Source: Calcarisporiella thermophila CBS 279.70
Taxonomy: Eukaryota; Fungi; Calcarisporiellomycota
NCBI RefSeq assembly: GCF_041956535.1
Contig: NW_027192192.1
Span: forward strand, 747,796 to 811,795
Direction: 5' to 3'
DNA: 64,000 nt
Shown: positions 14,636 through 27,297 of the stretch, one piece after another
Numbering within the stretch: the first letter of the stretch is position 1
Layout of the letters: the number at the start of each line of letters is the position of its first letter
Notes under the pieces: generated by a model
What the model was told of the DNA's origin: nothing
What the model saw: the letters and a program-made list of their open reading frames with translations, nothing else
The model's database searches: none
Position numbers and translations under genes: made by a program

Positions 14636-15766
14636 ATGGACACTTCTTCAACGGGCAGCGTAAAGGCAGCCAGGGGCAAAGCTTCTAACGGGAAAAAGAG
14701 GCAGCGAAGTGGGCAGCGTGGGGAGAGCCAGGCAAAGCTGTTCCGGTGCACCTATCCCAACTGCAACATGGCTTTCACTCGAAACGAGCACCTCGCGAGA
14801 CACGCTCGAAAGCACACCGGAGAGGTAAGCCTTCTTCTGTTCAGCATCCTAGAGTGGGCTGCTCAATTGCGCCCTCTCGCTCCTCTCTCGCCCTCTCTCG
14901 CCCTCTCTCTAACCCCTATTTCTATGACCCTTTTCTCCCCGTAGAAACCTTTCAGGTGCATTGTGCCGAATTGCTCCCGTATGTTCAGCCGATTCGATAA
15001 CATGATGCAGCACACCGCAATCCACTACCGCACTCGGCCCAAGTCCATCTCAGCACGAGGCCAAAAGCAGAAGCCCCTTTCGGCGTCCCCTCCCAAGGCA
15101 GACCCCCGGCCCGAGATCTCGCCGAAAAAGACCCGCGCCTACTCCGAGATAACCCTCCCCGCCCCCTTTTCTTCCGACTCCTCCCGTCTTCCCTCGTTTT
15201 CCCCCGCGGCTCGAGATTCCGCCCACCGCCCAATATCGCTCACCAATTTACCTCCCCCCTCATTGCGCCGGTACCCCCCCGCCCCTCTCACCGCTCCCAT
15301 TCTTGGCAACCCCTCCCCACTCCCATCGACCTACCCGACCCAGGCTGCGCCTAATTTTCCTCCCCCGAGCTTTGCTCGGTTACGTTCTCACTCTGTCGGA
15401 TCCACCCTCTTCCCTCCTCCGCCGCAGACCAACGCGTGGACCGGTAAAGAGCAGTTTCGCCGCCTTTCGGTTGCTGAGCTGTGCAATCCCATAGAAGATG
15501 ACGAGGTCCCCTCCGCGCGATCCAATTCGTTAACCGCGGACGAGATCGAAGCACTGCAAGGCTTCAGCAAGTTTCGCACCGTCTCCATCACTCACGACTC
15601 CGAGATGAGCTGGGCTCCTCAGCACCGAGATCAAGAGGGAAAACTTAAAGGCGTCAACGTCATTTTCGATTCAGCATGGCCTCCCTCCGCTCATATATCA
15701 CCTCCCCTCACGGAAAATGCAAGAAACGTTCGGCTACCTTTTCCAGAGATGGCATGCCATATGTAA
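14636..15766 (+). CDS. C2H2 zinc-finger transcription factor, Usv1/Rgm1/NsdC-like (2 exons)
   Basis: [28 protein letters not shown]|[27 protein letters not shown] followed by a Pro/Ser-rich tail. Confidence 0.9.
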
Positions 15767-16792
15767 TTTCAATTCTTCCAGCGAAGAGCCGTACTTCATC
15801 TTTGTCCTCGAAAACCTCACTTTCATACAAAAAAAAGTACTAAAAATATCAAGCAGTATTAAAGTCCGTATAGATTATTTATCGCCGCTTCAATTGTATT
15901 GTTCCCTCGCTTTCCTAATCTCACTCTCACGAATAAAAATAATTATTTATTCACTAGAGTTGCTCTTCATGGGGCCCGTGTTTTTTTATTCAGTCTCATC
16001 TATGCTTAAAGCTCACCAACATATTGTTGCCATTTTCATCCGTAGCGCGATTTAGTATTGATCGAGCCCCATTTCCTCTAAAATAGGTTGCGTCTGCCAC
16101 AACCTTCTTTGTAGTAAGAGCACATCTCTGCGTTAAAACTACAATCCATCCAAGACGACCCTGACTCTATCTATGCAATCTTTCCTTTCAAGCCTTCTTC
16201 TGCCTCCATCTCAGGGGGGACTCCTTTTATTGGAATTGAATATCAAAGAACAGTCGCTGCAGCCACTAATTCAAGGGGATGTCCACTTTGTCGATTTTCG
16301 GGATTGTGTCGGTGAAAATCCCGAAAAATGCGGATACAGTAGCTAATCTATTTAAACTTTTTTGTTGTTACTATTGCCGCTCTTCCTTGCTTCCCTTTTT
16401 CTTCGCAACTAAGGGCTGCAGAGGAGCTTTCCAACTCCAAGCTTCATAAAAAATTCAAGCTCATCCTAAGAATTCACCCATATATTATTGCGCATTATTC
16501 CAAAGAAAAAATATATATTACAGGCGTAGACATCAACCAACGGTAAACCATCATCAGAATATTAGGATTAATCTAGGTGGATGATTTTATATAGAATGTG
16601 GGCCACACGGAATGCCGAGAAAATAGAGTGAGAAGTGAAAACGGAAATTATATGCCTAATGCGTACATTAAGGGAGGACGAGGAAACCGTAACGGAATCG
16701 GTAACTCATGCAATGCAACGAACTCCAAGAGAGGGACTATGGCTGCAGAAATAAAAGGCACAATTAAGCCCCTCTGGTTCAAATTTAAGTAT

Positions 16793-17149
16793 TCAATGGG
16801 TAACTACTCTGCTCATCACCAAGGGGGCAATATTTTCTGTACAATTGGGGGATCCTGTAATAGCCTGGACACTCCGGGCCGCCTTCAGCTGACGTTCCTG
16901 CTGCTGAAGCCTTGCAAGATCCATATGCAAAGCTTTTATTTCGGTTTCCAGCTTTTTCTATAAACACAGCAGAGTTGAGTTGTTTGGGCTCAGAAACCGA
17001 GCTAACTGGTATATCAAAGTACCTTTTCGATGATGAACTGGAGATAAACGGCGCGAGGCTGGGTGGAAAAGGATGCAAAATCTCTTGTTAGTACGTTCGA
17101 TCTTACTTTTGCATCTTGGTCACAGTAGCTAACATACTATCTGATCCAT
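16793..17149 (-). CDS. Unannotated 70-aa coiled-coil microprotein, 3 exons (17138-17149, 17023-17058, 16793-16957)
   Basis: TATA-like box near 17340, long CT-rich leader, ACAAACCATGG start context; intron 1 GTATGT..TACTAAC..CAG; intron 2 GTACTT..TTTATAG; in-frame product MDQIPRAVYLQFIIEKKKLETEIKALHMDLARLQQQERQLKAARSVQAITGSPNCTENIAPLVMSRVVTH*. Confidence 0.75.
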
Positions 17150-17772
17150 GGTTTGTGTGTTTTGTCGGTAGTGTGAAGTAGGACGAGGGGGTCTTGGAAA
17201 CGCAGACGGAAGAGCGCGTTGGATGGGTGAGAAAAGAGTGGAAAGGGGCGCAGATAGAGGGTGCGCAAGAGTAAAGAGGGAAGAGTGAAGGAGCGGATTT
17301 TCTAAGGAGAACAAAAACGCTCAAAATCAATGTCTTATATACTGGCGGGAAAAGGGGGGGGGGTCATGTTCAATATGCAAAAATAAGCTTTCTGGGTGCA
17401 CACTTTTACAGAACAACGGTATCGCTTCTATATTTGCATGAAGATTGACAGAAGAATCGACTCTTTCGGAAATAATGGAGACATTTTTTTCATAATGTTG
17501 CAGATTAATATTGGTTCCTCTACCGTGAAGTCAATGCCAGCGTTATTAATCCTTCATTGCCGCAGATCCTCCCCACCTCTCCCCCTCCTCCCCTCCACCC
17601 TATCCCTCAAATGAAACAGGTCGATTTTGGCCACTCTCCCTTGCATACTCTCCAAATCCACAACTCGGGTTTGCTGCGCCGCTTCGTCTTTTATATCAAC
17701 AAATTTTTGTGCTGTTATTTATCGGTATTCTTGTTTCTTGTTACTGGAAAAGATCAACAGTATTTGCATCCA

Positions 17773-18050
<278 letters not shown>

Positions 18051-18259
18051 ACTAATGTTCTTTTTCTTTCATAATTCTGAAGATGATGTGAACTCTATTG
18101 TATTATATCAATCACTTTTAGTAAACAAATTTGGACCCATTCCGATAAGATGTGGAGCCAATGTCAGAGATTATCCGGAATGGAAGCAAACCACTCTAGA
18201 GCACAGCAGAAACCGGGTCATAGTTATAGGACATATGAAACAGCCAGACTGATACATTA

Positions 18260-19460
18260 ATTCTCAGTGGAGATATACAAAGCAGGGGGGCAGAAGCCCA
18301 CTGCAGTTGAGGGCGACTAGTTGGAGCCCCTTTTACGGCCTTGTTCGCTAATGTCAGTTCGGCACCTAGGCGATATGTATTTGCACCTAGGTCCTCCAAA
18401 CCATCGGGGGTGGATACCTAATTCATCGCCAATAGCGAGATCGAGCAGTTTCTGGCGCCGTAAAATCGCGGTGGACTGCTCAATGCGTGCCTCCTTGGCA
18501 AGCATTGTATTATGCCGTTGCAAGAGAAGCCCTTTGCTTTCCACACTGCATAACTGCACTGTCTCAAGTGCGGAATCGGGAAAAACCGAAGTGCTACCGA
18601 TTGCCCCCCCGCGCGCATGTCAGTTGTGGCGACACACCGGCCATTTCGTTTGCGGAGGAGTGTTTCCCCCACGAAGACAAGGATCAGGTGAGCTCATTTA
18701 AAGGATCACAGGAGCGGCGTCTTGCCTCCATTCTAGGACAAGTCTTGCGTTATATTCGAGCTCATCCCATGACGCCCTTATCCTATCTTGGTCGCTGCGA
18801 AGCACACCCTCCGCGATTGCCGTCCCTGAATTCTGGCGGCTTACTAGTGTGCTCAAGCAAGCGTCCGATTTGTTCACGCGGCCACCAAGTCTTGCCAGCT
18901 ACTTTTTCAATAGCACAGCTCAACTATGGCTTGCTAATATTTCGCCGCTACTGATGTGTGTGTCGTGCCTATTCATCAAGCATCCTATCTCAAAGAACAT
19001 GATGTATTCGTCGTATTAGTTGACCCATCTCTGAATGGCGAATCGCTGCGACAAGTCGAGCGAACGGCCGACAGGGATTGTTTGGAAATTAGATCATTCT
19101 TGAGCGAGATGGCGAAGGGTTCTGAGGGGTTAACGACTTTGGAGCGAAGAGCACAGAATTCGAAGTATCGCTAGCAAGCAGGTAAAGCACATGGGTTTGC
19201 GGCTTGCACTGGATGAAGAGCTGGCACAAAGAATGGAAAAGAAAGTGTCCTTCATATTGCCCGCAGACGAACCGATGCATGCACCTTAAAATGAAAAACC
19301 GTGTGCAGGTTGGACAGTGCACAAGTGTCTGTTCCACGGATGAGAATCGCGTGGATCCTCGCGCTCATGTTGATGATGGGCGAAAGGAGAGGCGGCTACC
19401 TTGGCCTCTTCGGCCTTAGAGCAAGAAGGGCGGCGCCAGGGCAAGCGCGAAGCTGTATGG
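18260..19460 (+). pseudogene. Possible decayed coding relic of unknown origin
   Basis: About 1.2 kb of balanced-composition DNA with protein-like fragments in shifting frames (AIAVPEFWRLTSVLKQASDLF; YLKEHDVFVVLVDP; MGLRLALDEELAQRMEKKVSFILP) broken by stops; no recognisable domain. Confidence 0.3.
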
Positions 19461-20040
19461 ATTTCAGGAATTAATTTCTGTAGCATGATTCCCCTCAAAT
19501 GTGGTATAATAGGAAAAGCGATCTTTTTTTAGGTGTACCACACAGCTTTTCATTCGCCGGGGAACCTACACCGAATAAACTTTTTTTTGCTCTCCTTTCC
19601 AAACAGCTTCTGTCGCTCTCTTTGCAAAGCTACCCTTTCCGCTCGTTGGTTTTTCATACTCCCTGCCCGCCTTTCTTTCTCTGATTCTTTCCTTCTTTCC
19701 CCTTTCCTTCCTTCCGGCCATTGCCACTAACCGGCTTTCGAGTGACGCTGCAACAACGGCATCCAGAATTGTCGACTTCATACCCCAAGTGTTGAATTAG
19801 CTGCCTGTTGTTTTATTTTCATCGCATCGGTTTTTCCTGGCCCGATAACCCCTTCGAATCGTACGCTGTGGCCATCTGCGAACTAGCCGGGTACTCAGCT
19901 ATTCATCCATCTTTGCACTTGGCGCACGCCTAACGCTAACAACCGCGTGTGTCACGCTACCTTATATTTATTATTAGTCTACATTTCTAGAGGTTAGAGA
20001 TTACCATCATCTACCCAGTTTGGATAATTTAGAAGCGAAC

Positions 20041-22008
20041 ATGAGCAATATGGCGCTGGACGCTACCAAAATTAACGATATTAATAATGTGGATGAATTA
20101 AGCCGACCATCATCAGTCTCCACAAGCGGATCGAATTCGGCCCGTAATTCGGGCACTAGCGTGTCCTCTTTCGCCTCTGCGATGGATACTGATCGCACTC
20201 AACCTCCAACACTTAACGTGAAATTGGAACGCGCACCGGGGATAGCCCCACCCGATACAGAGCTCAAGGACATCCCTCTAGATGACGTGGGACTCTCCCC
20301 CCCTACCCAGTCCTCCAAGGCCTCCCACCGCAACTCTTGGGCAGGAGGTCTTTATGTCTCGCTTCCAGAAGATACGTTTTCTGCCGGGCCTGCCGAGTTG
20401 TCCCCAGATCAACCCAAGCCCCGCCCTGCCTCTTTCATCGAACGTGCGCGTGAATCTATGATATTCTCCTTCTCATTCTCGCGCTCGCGCTCCGATAGTC
20501 ACGACTCAGACGATTCCCCGCAGACGGAGCAAGGATTTTCGCCCACATCGATGTGGCCTCCCGCGGGCTATATCGAATCCCCTCCCCCAACCCCCGCACT
20601 GGAAACACCCGAATCGGTCATTGTCACCGAGGTGGATACGGACCAGGATATGGGCCGTGAGACCATTGACTGGGGTACCTGCTTCACCGACTTCACTGAA
20701 CTATACTGACCAAGGAGCTAATCAACTCTACTTTTCCATTGTAGAATTTTGGGGTCGCTTGGCTTCCGATTTCGAAGCAATTGCGAAACAAGAACCGGGC
20801 AAGCTCCAACAGGCCTACTGGTCCGGTGTTCCTCCAATGTTGCGCGGGATGTTTTGGCAGCTCTTCACGCAGAGTAAAGATTCTCACCTTGAATCATCCT
20901 ACGGTGAGCTGCTCAAACGGTCGTGTCCATGTGAAAAGCTAATTGCAGTGGACGTGGAGAATTCCAATTGCTGGTACGCTCGGGCCAAGTCCATCGGCCA
21001 GGAAAGCATCTTCAACGTAGTGAGGGCCTATTTGATTCAAGATGAAGACTTCGGTTATACCGAGCAACTCTGTTCTATTGCAGCCACCTTGCTCCTTAAC
21101 GTTCGTAGAATATCATGTATGCTAGCGTCATTTTAAAGCAACTTACCCTGACTGCGTTTGTTTAGATGCCCGAAGAAGAGGCCTTCTGCTTACTAACACG
21201 GCTTATGCAAGGCGATCTCCGTGGCATCATGAGGCCAGAGAGTGAAGAGCTTGAAGTGTGTCTGTATCAACTCGAGCGGCTGCTGGAAGAGCACGTTCCA
21301 TTTGTTTACCGCCACCTGGCACGACAGGGGCTGAAGCCAGCTGAATATGCCTCCGGGTGGTTCACCTCCTACTTCTCGAGCAATTTATCCGGTGACATGT
21401 TACAGCGATTATGGGACATATTTTTGGTGGAAGGGCTTCCCGGGGTGTTCAAGTTCGCGATGGCACTCCTTAAACAAGCCCAAAACCAGATTCTAAATTT
21501 ACGCGGTGAGGCACTGAAGGAGTTCATGCTGACCAAGTTGTTGGAGACGGAATGGGTAATTACGCTTTTTTTTTTCGTCAATGGCATCGAATCTAACTCT
21601 TTTTTTCTCGGGGGGACGTGATAACAGGATATCGAACCAGTTTTACATAATGCAATGTCTTTTCCAATCACAGAAAAGCTACTCAAAAAGTTACACCGCG
21701 ACTATAAAATCGGACTTCATCGCTCAGCCGAAGCACTCATTCGCGATAATAAGCGGCTGGAGCGTTCGCTGGCGACGCTTACCCACCAAAACGAAGTGAC
21801 CCATCGAGAGCTTGCAGACACCATGGCGCAGGTCGCTGAGGTGACTCGAGAGCGAGACGAATTGGCCAAGAAAAACGCCGAGCTAGAACAGAGACTGGCG
21901 ACCATGGAAGCCCTGTTAGTGGAAACTCGCATGAAGTATGCCCTCTGTGAGGATGAGCGGGAAACGTTATACCAAAAACTCAACGCAATGCGCAAGACGC
22001 TTGTATGA
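20041..22008 (+). CDS. Rab-GAP TBC-domain protein, Gyp5/EVI5-like, with C-terminal coiled coil; catalytic fingers substituted
   Basis: GVPPMLRGMFWQL, CEKLIAVDV, GQESIFNVVRAY, LLLN|MPEEEAFCLL, YASGWFTSYF, LQRLWDIFLVEG. Confidence 0.9.
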
Positions 22009-22327
22009 GCCCCCTTCTACCATCACCTCCATCTCCTCCCTCCATCTCTCCATCATCACATCTTATTGTATCCGCCTCCTAACTTATTCCTATTTGGCTT
22101 ATTTTTATTTCACTCTTCTATTACCCTCTTGATAATATGCTATACTAGTAGTGCTCTATTTATTGCAGACATTCCCTCCTTTGTGATCTACCATTCATTT
22201 ATATTTTCGCTAATTAAGCTTGAGAAGAATACCGACAAGAGAGCGGGGGAGTATTATCAACTTGAATAAAAATACACAATAACATAAAAGTGGACGGGGA
22301 TATCCTTTGGTACGGTTCAATGGCGAT

Positions 22328-24393
22328 CTACCATTTCACGGCGAGTCCGCTGGGAGCCTCCTGTTCGAGGGCCCGGTACTGTGTCCGAAGCATCCGATGC
22401 GCCTTGTGGGTAGAACTGCCGCCTAGCCATTCCCTGTACAAGCAGGGGGAACGAAAAGGGGAATTAGCTTCAAAAAGCACCTGGAAATCAACTCTGCACC
22501 AAGTACTTACTCATAGAGCTGGCCTATGGCCCCATTTTCCTCGGGGCTGGCTCCGGGAACACTTCTATAAATCGCATCCACTTGGGCCACCCAGTCCTTG
22601 GCTGGCACTTGCTCCGGCGGCTTGAGTTGGCCCCCCCCGTTGATGCAACCAGACGGGCAAGCCATTACCTCGACGTAATCATACGCCGACGCCCTGCCTG
22701 TCTTCATCTTCCGGATGACGTTCTGGATGTTGCGGAAACCATATGCGGCAGCAAAGCGTAGTAATGGCTGCCCATCTCGCTCCAGTGTTACCTCTCGAAA
22801 ATCAGCATTGCGCACAGTGCGAATCGTAACTCCACCCTCCTCCCGAGTGGCATCCACCCCCTCTATATGGAAGAGCTCCCGTGCAGCGTAGGCTAGAATG
22901 AATTCCAGGTAACCACCAGAAGGATTGCCTGGGGTGCCAAGAAGCAGAGCCTCCTGTGTGTTCGGGTCCGAGCAAACCTTTGAAAAGCTAATAGGAACAA
23001 AAATAATAAAGAGATTGCAATTAGTATTCTGGTATCCACTATTCCATCCACTTGAAAGTGCAGCATAGTCAGAGCACATACCCATCCAATCCGACTTCTT
23101 CACACATTGCTAGATCCACTTGCTGCTCCTCCAGCATCTTTTCCAGTTCGCCTGTGGTTATCACGCAGTCCACTTCTCGAGTATCAAAGTCGCTATTGTA
23201 AAAATCTTCTCGCGACGCCTCCAATTTTTTGTCATAACATGGCATCACACATACATGATATATCTGATTTGGCCTATTGAAGTGTATGTGGAGAAGAGAA
23301 GAAAGTGAAAGAAAGAGAAAGAAAGTTAATAACCGGGCCAAGGGGGTTCGAGCTGAGCGGAGATGGCCCTACCTTAGCCCAAGCTGACCCGCCAAGTAAT
23401 CTTTCACCAGAGAGCCCATAATTTGCTGTGGCGATTTGGTGCGGCTGATGTAGGGTAGAACGTAACCATGGGTTTTCTCTGCGTAACAAATCCAGCCCGG
23501 ACATGCCGATGCCAGCATCGGGAGTGCAGACTCGGGATCCAACTCGGCCTCCTCTTTGGCCCTAGCCGTACGATTTGCTCTCCTTGAAGAGCGCTGGGGC
23601 CGAGAGAGACCATCGTCCAAATCCATGGTGACCTCCGAGGTCTGCTTGGCGCCGCGATTTTTGCGATAGCGATCCACGAATTCTCGTGCGCTCTCCACTA
23701 GCGAAAAGTCCCTAGAAAAGGATGTATCGAGCACATAGTGTACTCCCAACTGTTTGAGGAACCAGGTGAGACGGCGAGCGACTTGCTGTGGGGAAAGTCG
23801 ATGCCTGGCAGCGATTGAGGCGCGGGATTGAGGACTGATCGAAATAACTACGGTGGATATATCATTTGATCGGCCCTCCTGCGTCAAACAACATGATCAT
23901 AAATGAGAATGCAACAGGCTAAATAAAGGATCAAATCGACAATACCTCGAAAGCTAGTCTATTATTCTGCAAGATCTTGTATAGCTCTTCATGCGATTGC
24001 ATCGACACCAATACACTTTCCGCCGAAGTAATACACCCACTAAAGAATCCACAGTTAAGGATCCCTTCAACCCATGGAAATATCAGCAGCAACTTACCTG
24101 CATGCAAGACAGTCGTTCAATGTGATACTCGCAGTCTCTAATCTTGTTTGGCCACCATCCTGTGAAACCTCATAATATGTGCCGGCGTTGTCTATTTGAA
24201 TTGATGTCTATTAAAGAGAGAAAAGAGAGAGCTCTGCTTAGGACTCATGCAGTAAGATTGACATGATCATGAATTATACCATTGGATCACCATCTTTTCT
24301 TGTTTTTTTAACCTCTACAGGCTTTATGCATGCCTGCGATGGAGCAATATAATCATTAAGATCGGTCAAAATGAGGCCGCTTGAAAAAGCCAT
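22328..24393 (-). CDS. NAR1: Cytosolic Fe-S assembly factor Nar1/IOP1 (hydrogenase-like)
   Basis: [94 protein letters not shown]; ends LAVKW*. Confidence 0.96.
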
Positions 24394-25481
24394 AATGTCG
24401 ATCTATTTTGAAATTTCGCTTCTGTGTAGTTTCGAAGTGATTAAAATACTTTTACACATATTACTAATTGGTTATGATTTAAGAATAGGCGGAAATTTTC
24501 CAAGTAGTTTAATAACTATGACATCCCAATTATTGATACCGCTTGAATGCATAAGTGATTCAAAAGATGTAAGTCTCCTTTGAATTTTTATTTTTATTTC
24601 ATCGAACGGGTTTATCGAAAAATTATAGTAATAAGGTTAAAAGCCAAGGTTCGAGAATCAGGTTTACCGTGGAGGTTAGTAGAGTTGAGGAGTTATAAGG
24701 AAGAGATATAAAGAGGGAGAACTGTGGCTTGGGGGCTTCTTCATACCAATGATATTGGTTGCGGTACAAAGAACACGAGATGCTAGGAAGTACCAAAGTT
24801 ACTTGGGAGCCTGTGCTCGGTTTCAATTTTTGTTCTGTTTTTCGGTAAATACTGCTCCGAGTCGCAGTGAAAGGCCAAAAAAAGAACCGGTGCTCCACGT
24901 CCCACTGCCTTTGAGGGAAACAATGCTGGTATTGTACCTAGCCGTGTTTCGCCAAGTAGAGTCGATGAGAAAATATTAATTCAAAGCAGACACCTAAAAC
25001 TGTAAGGGGTGCAATAAGAGAAATAAAAGGTGCGAGGATGTAAAATAGAGTTCTCAATCCATCTTTCCAAGAGAAGGGGACGGAGAAGAGAGAAGTTTAC
25101 GTGAGTAGGGAAAGGAATCGAAGATTTTCCACGCATGAATTACTGGAGGGCCCATGACTCGCCCCTATAGCCAGCGACCTTTAGTAGAGGAGAGCTGCTC
25201 TTGTATCTCAGATTATAGCTCCATTCGAATAATTTGGTAGGTCTTCTTGGCGAAAAGGTCCTTTTTCGATGGTGGCATGGTACTGCTTAGAACTTTAAAT
25301 AGAATGGTTAAAAATAAAAGCGGCTCGGTTGTGAAACAAATGGCTACGCAGTATAAATTTTGCTTCTATACTCACTCTATTATCCATTCTATAAAAGAAA
25401 AGCGTTTCCCCACTTCAAGTCGCTCTATATTCTCCCCCCTCCCTTCATCTTTTCCTTTCGGTCGTCTTCGCCTTTGACAAA

Positions 25482-26536
25482 ATGCGTTCCCTTAGCTCTT
25501 TGGCCGTTATTTGCGTTGCTGCGCTTTCAGCTTTTGTGTCCGCTGAGCCCATGGTCCCCAAATCTGGCGCCGGTATCATTACGAAGTGCTCCGTCCCCGG
25601 AACCTTCGCCATCACCTTTGACGACGGACCAAGCGAATTCTCTGCTGGACTTCTTGAATATCTTAACAGCAACAACCTTACCGCCACGTAAGTAGTATTG
25701 ACTCTAGAGTGTCTTTCCTTGAGAAGTTATTTATCCTAATCTTCTCTTCCGCAGATTTTTCGTCAACGTAAATACAACAGAGAAAAAAGAATATAGCCTC
25801 TCATATTAATTCTACCAAAAAAAAAAAATAGGGTAACAACTACGGCAACATTCTTGACTATGCTGACCACGTCAGGAACGTCTTCCACTCTGGCCATTTG
25901 ATTGCCTCTCACACCTACTCCCATGCCGATCTCTCCACCTTGTCTGCCGAGGGCATTAAGAAGGAGATGACGCAGTTAGAAGATGCCCTTGTGGAGATTA
26001 TTGGCGTGAAGCCCAAGTACGTATCTTTGAGCCTGGACTTATTGTGTTGACTCTAAAACCATTAAACTCGGTTTTTATAGGTATATGCGCCCACCCTATG
26101 GAAATGTCAATGACAACACCGTGAAGACCCTCAACAGCCTTGGCTATACTGTGGTCAACTGGGATGTGGATTCAAATGATGTATGCTTTTTAAAATTGCA
26201 CAAAGAGAGTTGAACTGAAATAACCCCCTCTCCTCAATAGTGGGATGTGAAGAACTTCGAGAAGGAGAAGGAGAACTATAAGCAGGCCTTGAAAGGGGCC
26301 AACCCCAAATCTGACGGTCATATGTAAGAGGAATATATTCGGCAACAGTCGTTTCTAAATGCTAACATTATATTGTGGGCACCAAAAACAGCTCTCTCCA
26401 GCACGATACTTCGGAGATCACCACCAAGCAACTTGGTCCTTGGGCATTCCAATACGCTAAGCAACTTGGTTACAAGACTGTGACCGTAGCCGAGTGCCTT
26501 GGCGAGAACGATCCTAAGCAGTGGTACCGCAAGTAA
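25482..26536 (+). CDS. Secreted chitin deacetylase (CE4/NodB), copy 1, with a 13-nt micro-exon (25755-25767)
   Basis: Signal peptide; TFDDGP, HTYSHADL, YMRPPYG, VNWDVDSNDW, HISLQHD, VTVAECLG. Confidence 0.93.
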
Positions 26537-27297
26537 ACGGAACTCTCGACAATTTCACCCCTATAGATTAAGACTATCTATTTAAACCTTATACCAACCA
26601 CTAAATGTTGTACCTGACCATCTCTGTGCGCCTCTAATTGAAAATTTTTTAGTTACTAGTTTTAAATTACCTCAAATCCTTAATTGATAATGTGTTTCCT
26701 CACTCGTAGAAACAAATTCCTATTAGATACTTATGGAACTAAATGAATGAACAAAAAAAAAGTGTGGGATAGATAGCCATATCACACGTCTTATTATACC
26801 ACTAAATATATATATATAACGATGTTTCCTTCATATAGCGCCAGAATGAAACAATCGAAATAGCAAGATTTCATATTGATCCTTCTCTTAAGGCTGGTTA
26901 CATCATTCTAATAAATAATACAGAATGCAGAGTTTTTCCGAGTTCACCAACTCCATTGCATCAAGTTGAAGAATTAGAATAGAGATAAGAGTGCTCTGTA
27001 TTCTTTCTGGGATGTGCAAAGTAACCACGGGTGATTCGTTTTAATCAACCTCTTCGCGCGCAGCTTTATCGGTTTTAGAGCTCTTGGGATACTTTAATGA
27101 TTCGGTTGTAAGAGTTGTTGGGTTGAAACCGCAAAGTGGTACAAATTGACCGAGGGTATTAAAATTTGGGCGCTTTTAAACCTCCTTCACGTGCATGTAG
27201 CTTAACAAAATTCCCCCGCAATCTATTTCTACGTGTTCTTCTATTTTTCTTTCTCTGAGAATTTCGAACGGAGCTTGCATTTGTAATTACCTAAAGA

